A stretch of DNA of 38,520 nt from Perkinsus chesapeaki ATCC PRA-425 (lineage: Eukaryota > Protista > Perkinsozoa): positions 1 through 38,520 of the forward strand of contig JAAPAO010000332.1 of assembly GCA_013115145.1 (NCBI GenBank). Reading direction: 5' to 3'. This document shows, piece after piece, positions 21,979 through 38,520 of the stretch. Made by a program: the position numbers and the translations under genes. The notes under the pieces were generated by a model. The model saw only the letters and a list, made by a program, of their open reading frames with translations. It searched no databases and was not told where the DNA came from. Each line of letters starts with the position of its first letter. Within the stretch, counting starts at the first letter, position 1.

Positions 21979-23576
21979 CTAAATGCACTTCCGCTCCTCT
22001 TCAGTCAGCTCCCTTCGGCATCGATCAACAGCCTCATCGAGGCTCAAGCTGAGGCTGTCCTCAACACTCCAAGAGGGGGTATTTCTAGCAGTTTTCCGAG
22101 GCATAAAACGTAATGTGAACAGACAGTCCGACCAAAGGTTCGCCGTGGTGACATCAAGGTGTTGCGCGTCTTGCACCTGACCATTCCCACTAATCCCCAC
22201 ATCCCCCGCCTCTTTACCAGTTTCCTCCTTCGTTCCGGTGCCACAGTCACTGCCGTCCTGCTCAGCAATGTCGGCAGTATAAACGTTCGAACTAGCTCTT
22301 GCATGTTCCATCGGCCACCGTAGTCCAGCACACCAGCCTCACCCGAGGACGTTGCCCGCGGCCTGCATCAACATTCGTCCGCCACCGCCGCCGCCGCCAC
22401 TCTCCCAGTCTAGTACACTATAAATTGTATATGAGGTGACCTGCTTCTAGGATACTGCTTTAATAGATCCTTGGATGCTTCATCTTTAGGTAGCTCCACC
22501 GCCACTGTCGACATCTGCCCTTTTGTGGCTCTGGCTAATGAGGCTGCTAGGGATCGAAGAACTGGTAGGAATACCGTAGAGGCGTATCTAAACCAGCGTG
22601 ATACAGATAGACAATGCTGTCTAGGGGCAACACCGAACGATAGGGTGTGGGAAGAAGGTGAACAAGAACCAAGAAATAAGGAAGGAATGTGGTCATAATG
22701 TGTGTAGTTGTTGATAAGGCCTCTTCCCATACTTACGTATTATCGTAAAGCACTAGGAGATGTGGTAATGGGCTCTCTAAGACCTCAGGCAGCGCCCAAT
22801 AGTCCATCACCCTAAATCCTATAGAATCCAATGGATGCTCGCTATCCTCCGCAATCGCTCTGGGCTCGGATTGCGCTTCGGTAGCAGCAGCAGCAGCCTC
22901 CGCAGCAACTTGGGCGTCAACTGACCAACAGAAGGTTCCCTGGTGAGCCAACCTCCATCCTTCTCACTTTTTGCCAAAGCCCACTTCATACCGTAATAAG
23001 GTGCCACCAGCATAATACCAAAAGTAAGCCACGGTAGGAAGGCAAAGACCCGTTGAGCTCGCTGCTCGGTACCACTTAGCCTCTCCTTTTCAATTAAGAA
23101 CGAGTTCCTAAATACTACCACATTTCCCCCAAATCCCCACCATATCCCCTACGGATCCTTTGGCGGAAGGTAGCGTGCAATACCAGTACCTAACCCTATA
23201 CCTAACGCCCCTCAAATGAATCATCCTTACTCTCATACAGCTCCATATACTTCTTCCTCCGCTCATCCAGCAATGCTTGCTCCACTGATCGTCGTGCCAC
23301 ACCAGTCTCCGGCTTGGGTACAGCTGTTAGCCTCACCTACAAGGCCTTCCTCGCCCTACCCAGCCCTCTTACTACCTTCATAGGATCCACCTCCTGTATG
23401 TCCCTCGATTGGCCCTCATCCTTGCCTTCAGTTGCCCTCTCCGAATCCACCTCAGAGCCTTCTTGACCATCCACTATCCTCGAGACCCCGCTGCACCATC
23501 TAGTCACCATTACCCTATACCCTCTACTCACCACCCTGGGCGATACACCCAAGCATCGCGTCCGCCGAATAATCAT
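21979..23576 (-). CDS. Hypothetical multi-exon protein with an Arg-rich, acid-free N-terminus (mitochondrial presequence-like) and one predicted TM helix
   Basis: MIIRRTRCLGVSPRVVSRGYRVMVTRWCSG start; hydrophobic VFAFLPWLTFGIMLVAPYYGM; chain of open exon-like segments with GT/AG edges. The 3' exon structure is uncertain. Confidence 0.55.
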
Positions 23577-23796
23577 TCACAAAAACACCTTAATTGCCTT
23601 CTATAACTGATGTCACTAAACACAAGACAAGTCATCACTCAGGAACGGTGAAATCTGCACACTGTAAATCTGCACACCGGAGTGGTCAGAAATGTCGAAC
23701 AGGAACCAATAAAACGGCCGCAATTTAAGGGCGCAGTGACGGTGGTAGTAATACTATGAATCGCCCCAATAAAGGCGGCAAAGTGTATATATAGGG

Positions 23797-25478
23797 CTAC
23801 GCTAAAGATGCCTGGAGGTCGTCCAAAGCATCCAACAACTGCCTAATGTCCAAGATAGTCTTAGTAGGTTTAATATCCTCATCAGCGACACCCTCAAAGC
23901 CCGGCCTAGTCTTCCCTGTTATTGGCTCTACTGTGGTCATTGGACGCCTCTTAGCATTCATCCATATTGTACGAAGGCCCACTTTACTGGGGCCACATAC
24001 ATCGTTCAAATAGTCATCGCCGATGAACACCTAACAGCAACAACAGCCTTAACAGCCTAAACAACTGTCCCCCCTTGTGTCACTACTGTCTCTTCCGGTT
24101 TAATAGCAGGAGTGGCATCAGCTGCCTTTATCGCCTTCAGGTATATCTCCGGCTCAGGCTTCGTGCAGTTGGCATCCAGAGCGCTCATAGAAAAGTCAAA
24201 GAGCCCCCTAAAACAGCGATAATACCCCCTCTTAATGGATCCCATTCCCACCTGGCCTCGGGTATCCTGTCCAGATCGGTGGTGCCGTTGCTAACTGCAC
24301 CCAGAAGAATCTCAGGATACCGCTGCTTTATGGCCCGCAACGTCACAATAGCGCCTTCAAACCAAGCCACTTCATGACGCGCCGACAGCCATACCTAATT
24401 TTCCTCCAATCCCAACAGTACACTGGTATACCCCCCAACAGTTCACCTGGAAGGATTCCTCACTAAGTGTCTTTGCCACGGAGGCAATGTCCTTTTCACT
24501 GGCATACTGTCCCTTTTGTAAAAGGTAATGATGTATTATATCCATGTAAACATGCTGAGCACACAAAAACTGTCCCCCTTGTTGCCCACGCCACGCCGGT
24601 GCCAAGTACCTTCCTAAGTTCACAGTAATTCCAATAAGGCCTTCTACTCTCCCAATAATCTGCACTCCATTCGTTCCTCTTTGCTTCTATGAGGACCATC
24701 AAGTCCTAAAGCCAACAGCAACATCTTTCATATCCAACTGGAAGGTGATCAGAAACACTGGTGATGCACGCATCTCATCCTGCCGACCGAATTAAATGCA
24801 ATGTAATGATAACAACACCAACGCCACAGTTACTATATAACGAACAGGTATTGAAGGAAAAATAGTGCCAAAAATGCACGTGGTTATGCTCACATCCCTC
24901 AGGCCGGCAGCAGCAGAAACAACAACAAGTACTACTGCAACTTGGTAGACACGTAGAGCCATACCACACTTCCTAAACCTACACGATAATTCTTGTAAGT
25001 ATCAGCAATCTCATCAAACCCCCAACGACGCATCAATTCCTGCCACTGTCTTTCCGCCAAATCTAAAGTCCTATTTACATCCCACAGAGTATCGTCCAGA
25101 TCGAATAACAGCAATCGAACTGGTGGGACCGCAGGCCCGCTAGTCCCATCCAAGGCCGCTACCGCCTTGGGGACAGGCACCAGCGAAGGCGGGGGCGGCT
25201 GACTGATTCGTGGCGCACCAGTATTGCTAGCTTTCGCAGAAGAACCAAACGGCATTCTTAATATGAATTACAAAATTAATAAACTGACGAGGAGAGAGCG
25301 GTATGAGATAAACCACTACTACCCTAGGTTTCCTGTATTGCTGAGCCAGCTCCCCATATCCCCTCTCTGTCATGAACTGTTGCCATTTATCCTCAGCATG
25401 CGCCAAGGTTTTAGGCATGTCCCACAGAGTATCATCCAAGTCGAAGAGTAGTAGGCGAACAGGTGTCGTTGAGGTCAT
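23797..25478 (-). CDS. HAD-IA (YigB/NanP-like) phosphatase copy 2, with two candidate first exons (25478-25323 and 25255-24983)
   Basis: Motif I LFDLDDTLW occurs in both first exons; motif II GAVSNG, motif III KPEPEIY and motif IV FIGDDYLNDV lie in downstream exons. Confidence 0.85.
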
Positions 25479-25564
25479 TGAGCTGCTGTAATTACTAACC
25501 ACTTCTCAGCTCCCCTCCCCCACACCAACACGACGCTACTAGCACTAATGATGAATGAAAAGCG

Positions 25565-26742
25565 TCATATCAAATTCGCAAGGGCCTCTGGAAGGTCCCT
25601 AATATCTGTTATCATAGCATCTTCCTTCACCTTACTAACATCAACCTCATCGCGTATCTTTCCCGTGAAGGTGCAGACGTTATCTCGAGGTCTGTCGTTA
25701 TCATTCAGCCACACAGTGCGAATGCCCAATTGTGCCGGACCATACACATCATTCACAAAATCGTCCCCAATGAATATCTGACCAAGGATACTAGCGCTAA
25801 ATTTCAAAATGCCTCCACCGGGAATCGAACCCACGCCCTACCGTTTCCTCTGCTGTTACCCTTGGTGTCAACTCCGCAGCCAGCATTGCCTTCTCGTATA
25901 TAGTAGCCTCAGGCTTACTAACACCTGCCTGTATTGCACTCATTGTGAAGTCGAATAACCCTCTAAGAAAAAGACATCACGCTCTATCAGAATCCATTCA
26001 ATCAGCCCTCCTCAAGAAGTGTTCCTTGTGCGAATCAGTCCAAGAATAGGCTCGAATAGGGTATATCCGATCTTGGCATCCGCCACTGATCAAGTTCCCC
26101 ATTTCGAGCTCCCCTCGCTTACTCTGCTCTGGGAACTTGTGTTAGGTCAACATTACCATTACTGCATGCTCCTATCCGTAGATGAGGCCATCGTTCCCTC
26201 ACTCGCCGAAGAGTATTCGGGGCATCTTCAAACCATGCTACATTCGACCGGTTCTTAACCCATACCTGGTACAAGCTTTAAGTTTCATGGCGCGTGACGC
26301 TGTGTTCCTACCTCAAAGGAGTCTTCAACAAGCTGGTCTAAGTTATTACTTTTCACTGCCTCACTACTGCTCAGCAGCTTTCGAATCAAGTGCTGAGGCA
26401 CAATCCAGGTTTTCATACCACACTTCTCCCTAATCCCATGCCTCTTACCTTCCTAACAACAGTATAGTCCCAATAAGGGCGTGGATTCTCTTCATAATTA
26501 GCCTTCCATTCCTCCTTCAGTCCTTCCACCAACGGCTGCATCGCTTTCCTGTCCTCATATTGCTCAGCGACATCAATAAATCCCTTCCTCCTTATATAGT
26601 CCACCCACGCCTTGTGCGCTCCGTCCAGTGTGGCCACAGTGTGCCACAAGGTGTCGTCCAAATCAAACAACAACAGCCTTGCCTTAAACGGAGCCGCCGA
26701 TACCACACACATAGCTCTCGTACAGAGGAGAGGAAACTTCAT
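25565..26742 (-). CDS. HAD-IA (YigB/NanP-like) phosphatase copy 1; multi-exon
   Basis: LLFDLDDTLW, IGACSNG and IFIGDDFVNDVYGPAQLGIRTVW; collinear with copy 2. Confidence 0.88.
25806..25831 (-). other. tRNA-3'-end-like motif in a 64-bp HAD intron (25778-25841)
   Basis: Minus strand GGTTCGATTCCCGGTGGAGGCATTTT, preceded by variable-loop-like AGGGC. Confidence 0.7.
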
Positions 26743-26989
26743 AAAACTTAGACAGAGTTGATGTAGACTAACGCAACAACAGGCACTTGTTGGAGTTACG
26801 GAACGTTTAACGTGCCTCTCAGGACGACGGCAATAAAGGCAACAGTGATATCGTTATTGTACAGCCGAGAAGGAACAGTGAAGTAGATGGTATAGTGGAA
26901 TAGAGTCAATCAACAACTACCAAGTCGACAATCTTATGAGTTAATACTCCCTTTGTGCTGCCCATATTAGAACGGTATTACTGTACACA

Positions 26990-28067
26990 TCAATGAGAGT
27001 GGCGGCCGCTGCCGCCCTTACCACCACTACGCCTTCCACCACCACCTTTACCGTGGTGATGGTTATGGCCTCCTCCACGGCCACCAGCAGATGACATCAA
27101 TGCCACTTTGACACCCATTGGATACAACGTACATTCCCAAGCGTGATGACCGGTATCTCCGCATCTAGTGCACCATAGCGTCTTCATTCGAGGACATGGA
27201 GAGCAGTTCAGTGTGCCATCAGTGTGGATACCACCACAGGCAACGCATTCCAACTTGCACGGGACGCCATGAGAGGAAGTATTCAAACCAAGAGTGCGTC
27301 GATATTCCATCATCACACACTAAACAAAAGAGCGGTATGAACCACAACACCCCATCCCCCTTATGCATTACATCCTTCCTAATATGGCCTATCTGCCCAC
27401 ACATATTACACCTCCTCCGATCCTGCTGCAGCAAAGGACAATCCTTCATCAGATGCCCCTCCTTAAAACATGCATTACACCTCCTACCAAAACATCGCCC
27501 ACTGTGGTCTTCCGAGCCACAAATCGAACAAGCCTCCACATGGTGCTTAAAACCAGGATAATTCTTATCGCCATGACTGCTTATTTTTATCTCCTCTGCT
27601 GCCTTAACCTCCTCCTCGAAGTTACCATCATCCTCAGAGTAATATCTAGTAGGCGGCACCGCTCTCCACTTCCCCTGGTACTTTGGCGGGGCTTCCTCTA
27701 TCCTCCTATCTATCCTACTGTCACCATTACCATCCTCAAAGAACAAAGGTCCTCCCTGTACCCCTCCCTGCAACCGGCTTATCTCATCCCTTTCCTCACC
27801 AGCTGTAGTACTACTGCACGTTGAAGCATCACCACCACCCTGCTGGCCCCCCACTGTAGCTGTAGTGTCATCTTCCTTATTGACTTTCCTTTCCCGTCTC
27901 TTCCTTCTCCCTTCACCTTTACCCTTCCTTGCCTTAACCATACCACCACTGCCTCCCTCATCGCTCCTCCTACTCCGCTTAATACCCTTCCTAGTCGACT
28001 TCACCACTGCCGATGCCTCCTCCCCTTGCCTACTGCTGCTGTTATCAGCTTTATTACGACGTACCAT
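26990..28067 (-). CDS. Multi-CCHC zinc-knuckle protein, Air1/Air2/ZCCHC7-like; 2 exons
   Basis: CNACFKEGHLMKDC, CNMCGQIGHIRKD|C (completed by splicing) and CTRCGDTGHHAWEC, plus two degenerate knuckles; basic/acidic N-terminus and Gly/His/Arg tail. Confidence 0.75.
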
Positions 28068-28390
28068 AATCCCTATCAAACGCTCAACTGCCAATGAATG
28101 GGGACAGCGTAACACAACACCCTTGCATTGTACCACACTAATGAAAATGATAGTAGGTATATAGGAGAAAAGGTACGTGTCAAAGGAGGGTACAGCAGCA
28201 GCAGGAGCAGGTCAATATACTGAAACTAGTCGACAGCAGCAGCAGCAATAAAAGCACCTTTAAGTGCTAATGCTGCTGATGCTGCTGATTTATGATCTCC
28301 CCTCTACCAGAGAGATGCTTATTGTTTTTAACAGTGCTTTATGTAATGTTACACCATCACCACCACTGGCAGCGGTAGAGCAGCAGCAGT

Positions 28391-35008
<6,618 letters not shown>

Positions 35009-35122
35009 GGCAACAGAAGATCACCAACAGACTTGTAATTAAAACATTTTGGGAGGGATACAGACGCTTCGCTCCGCTAAGAAAAGCGCGCATGTTTACA
35101 ATTTTCATCATGACCTTCTAAT
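35009..35122. promoter_or_regulatory. Very short divergent intergenic region (strand switch) between DDX46 and the PrsW-like gene
   Basis: Head-to-head start codons 114 bp apart; regulatory role is inferred from position only. Confidence 0.4.
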
Positions 35123-36522
35123 ATGACTGTTATATTATACCCTCTTATCCCTTTAGGCATCTTAACACTCTTATTAGGGCTGCTTGGAGGGGCTGGATAT
35201 TGGTATATTGCTATAACGATGATGACCCTCACTTATATAGTATCCGGGGTCCTATTATTAACAGTATGGAAGTACTTAAATGCGGACAATAACACCTTAA
35301 AGATAATGGGTATATTTTATTGCTGCGGAGCCACAGGCGCTATTATCACAGCACTCCCTCTTGCTAAGGTAATCATGGCTAGAGGTGTCAGAAAAAAACT
35401 TCCATCTCAGTTTGCTTTGAGCCTCTGGTCTGCCATATCATCGTCGTGCGTTATGATGGTGCAGCAATGTTGCGGTATCGATGAGCTCCTTCCCGGATCT
35501 GTCACTAGGTGTTCCCCAAGCATCACCTCCTGCTTATCGATAGAACATTGTATAGCTGCTGGAATGAGGGATTGCCACGTTGAACTGAAGCCCTCAAACG
35601 ATGGTACTTCGTGAAGGTTTGAGGTATCTTAGGTTGATTCAGGCTCTTTACGATGCTCCCTACTGCTGGGATGGGAATGGATAATGACACCCGGTCTTAT
35701 CGAAGAATGCAGCAAAGCAATATGGTTCCTATTGGTATGGTATGCCTACGTGAGAGTATCCAAGAATAAGTCACACACGTCAATGAAATGCAGGCTGCTC
35801 TTTGCTATGGCGGTTGGTGCTGGGTTTGAGACGACTGAAAATATAAGGTAAATCAATACTACCACATTTCCCTCATCTTGTCGCTTAGATATGCCTTCCC
35901 CGAGCTAGTATCGTTGGATTACAGTCTATGGCCTTATATATTTAACATTGACTTTGCCTCTGATATATTCACCAAAGTTCGCCTTGTTGCTTCCCTCCAT
36001 AGGAGTATATCATCCTTCCTTCATGTAATATGGACAGGCTACTTCGGTAGCTACACTACCATCCCTGCACTATTACTATCCATCACATTGCACGGCCTTT
36101 ATGATTTCTTTGGTACATTAAGCCAGACTCAGGATACCTCTGGTGGCTATACCTACGTTAACATCTTCGTCGGTAAAGTAGGCATCTTCATTTCTGTTGC
36201 CCTCTCATTACAGCTCTTCGCTGATAGAGCTCTGTCGCTTTGTGAAGGTGGTGATGATGATGATGACGGTGATGATCTCCCCCTTACTAAACCTCATTCC
36301 CTATTCAATCCAGCAGAGTACTACGGAGAGCCTTTACCGCCCCCAATAGTTACCCGACGGCAGCAACAACACTCCCCAAGAAGCGCCGCTCCTTTCAAGA
36401 CGGCAGCTAGCGTCTTTAGGGAATGTCTAGACGAGAGGAACCATGTGAGTGACTGGGGAATAACGTCTTCGATGAGTCTGCCATCTCGATCTAGCTCTGC
36501 AACTGCCTATATGGTTTCCTGA
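35123..36522 (+). CDS. PrsW-family (M82) intramembrane protease; multi-exon
   Basis: Multiple TM segments with ordered motifs PGLIEECSK (EExxK), AVGAGFETTEN (FxxxEN) and ITLHGLYDF (H...D). Confidence 0.75.
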
Positions 36523-36579
36523 CACTACAGCCCTTCGATTGAGTTCACCGATAACCTATATCACCATCAGATAGTTAGT

Positions 36580-38241
36580 ATGTCCGACAATCCTCCCGAC
36601 CCGAGATCGGAATTGCTGACCTTAATTGATATCCCAGAAAGTGCCACTATAACCCTTATTGGTGAGGGTAACCTGCACGCTGTTGTCTCGCTGACTGATA
36701 CAGGGAATGCAGAACTGGATAAGGAACTATTATCAGGAAAGGTAGATTGAAGGAAGGATGGTGACGAGACTCACCTCCACCTCGACCGGGGTATATTAAT
36801 ATACTTATTTCGGACATCGCTTTCATGAGTGACTCCTGTGGAGGGAATATCCGATGATCTTACTCCGTTATAGTTTTTGGTTCGAGGTTCGCTTTTGGTC
36901 AGCTTTTGGTCGGTTCATATACTATCATATCTTACATTCAAGATCATAGCTCACTTAATTATACGCCAGGGCTCTTCAAGAACCTTCTCGTATTTTATCC
37001 GAAAATCTTCTTTCCAATCCTATAATAGATTACGCGGCTTTTAATTGCTCTACCACGTTACATCGAGACTCGGGAATCCCTTCTTCTATCGACTGACATT
37101 CACCTTCATCAGATCATTCGTATCTGTAAGTCACCCGTAACTGAGCGCGCTGCGATGGTTCGCTCCAAGCACTACTCATTGGTGTCTCGGGCTATCGGCG
37201 GTGAATATCTCTCGGATGAGAATCCACCCAAAACTCTCGCAGTCGGTCGGGAAGCTATAAAAAAAATTGATGGTGGTATTGGAAAAGACCGTCTTGAAAA
37301 ACGTGTAGCCAAGTGCCCAACAATTGAAGGTAAGTTGCTTACCTTCGGTAAAGTTAACACTCCTTAATCCAGGTGCATGTTTTTCGGCACCACAAGACAA
37401 CCTCTGCCATGCGCAGATCATGTCCGACATCGCAACAAGTGACGCCAGTGAAGACGTTCTAACTCTGGAGTTAAAACCCAAATGTGGCATCAGAGCGATT
37501 CCTGGTTACCCTTGTCGTTTCGTAATGCAACGAAGTGACGATCCAGGATTTAGTCTTGAGGCGTTCTATGACCCGCATGAGCTCTACTTCGGCGGGGACG
37601 TCCTTGGCCAAGTAGAGAAGCTGTTCGACCAGAAGCCTCGGGGATTCCTAAAGTTAAGATCCCCACCCGGCCGCTCGCTGAGTGAACTTCCCAGGGCAGC
37701 AGTTTGTCTGGCAATCTCCTTAGTCTTGCAAACCACACCAATTCTGTCACGATTAGCCTCTCTGCAACACTATGCCTCAATTGATGAGAAACTACCCGAT
37801 TTTGCAGCCCAGCTTTGGGAATGGCTTTCTGAGCAGCACCGACTGAATCCCAATATATCTATCGAGCACCGGTACCCAGAAGTCCTCCCGACTGTTGAGG
37901 AGTTCAGGACTTTCACTGATATCCATGATGTCGATAAAGTGATCGAATGGCTGTCTATATTTTTGCTCGGCCGCATGGCAATGGATGTTAGCATTTTTCT
38001 ATCATTTTCCACATCTCCAAATGGATCTAGATATCATAAACTCGAAGGAATCGATGCCAAGGATATTTTTCCGAAGGCATCATCATCATCATCTGGCACC
38101 CCGTTATGGTATCGATTGACTGTCATTGACATTGACCCTAAGCCCTTCTCTAAACTACCATTTTATTTTGGACAGTTATCCAAATGTAAAACGAAGTTTA
38201 TAAGTAATCTTCCGACCTATCATCGTACATTGATTGCGTGA
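36580..38241 (+). CDS. IPK1: Inositol-pentakisphosphate 2-kinase; multi-exon
   Basis: IGEGNLHAV, LELKPKCG, CRFVMQ, YDPHELYFG, AMDVSIFLSF and VIDIDPKPFSKL match the IP5 2-kinase motif series in order. Confidence 0.88.
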
Positions 38242-38510
38242 CATCATTTGTGATTACGGTATTTTCTATCATGCACAGTGAGTCTGGTGTTAAACAGTCC
38301 CACCGCGCTCTTGGCAGTGGAGAAGTTGTAATCGAGAGGTCAGAACACTGACGTTTGCGATCCCAGTTAAAGGCAACATTATCATTTGCCGGATCCTTCT
38401 TAATCGTTTCAGCACCTTCAAAATGCTGAATCATGAGGCCGGGACTCTGGGGAACTATTTTCGGGATTTTGTACAGTATGATGATGCTATGTGGTACTTC
38501 CTTAATAATC
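38198..38510 (-). CDS. Possible terminal exon of an unidentified gene entering from beyond the right edge
   Basis: About 100 open codons after a CATAG acceptor-like site near 38510, ending at TAA 38198; no recognisable motif. Confidence 0.35.
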
Positions 38511-38520
38511 TATGATACGA

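Noticed and set aside
22028-22048. Spliced-leader-like ...AGCCTCATCGAGGCTCAAG
   Set aside because: Only the last 8 nt match the dinoflagellate/perkinsid SL, and it lies antisense within an open frame rather than upstream of a gene.

Overview
Eukaryotic, gene-dense window with many short GT-AG introns (about 40-65 bp). It is most likely from a Perkinsus-like alveolate; this is inferred from gene content and targeting signals, not from a database match. Genes left to right: plastid-leader SufS; three tandem intronless plastid-type ascorbate peroxidases; a full CHFR ortholog (FHA-RING-Cys-rich-PBZ); a coiled-coil hypothetical protein; a truncated CHFR paralog with a frameshift; an intronless pepsin-family aspartic protease; a second truncated CHFR paralog; NEMF/Rqc2; a putative mitochondrial membrane protein; two YigB-like HAD phosphatases (one with duplicated first exons); an Air1/2-like zinc-knuckle protein; DDX46/Prp5; a PrsW-family intramembrane protease; IPK1; and a possible terminal exon of a gene entering from the right. 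14 of the 17 complete genes are on the minus strand. The most unexpected signal is a dispersed ~26-nt motif matching the 3' end of a tRNA gene (B box, acceptor 3' strand, discriminator A, oligo-T) with exact tRNA spacing. It occurs four times with no complete tRNA: three times in short introns, two of them abutting splice sites, and once inside NEMF coding sequence. All exon structures were read by hand and are approximate.
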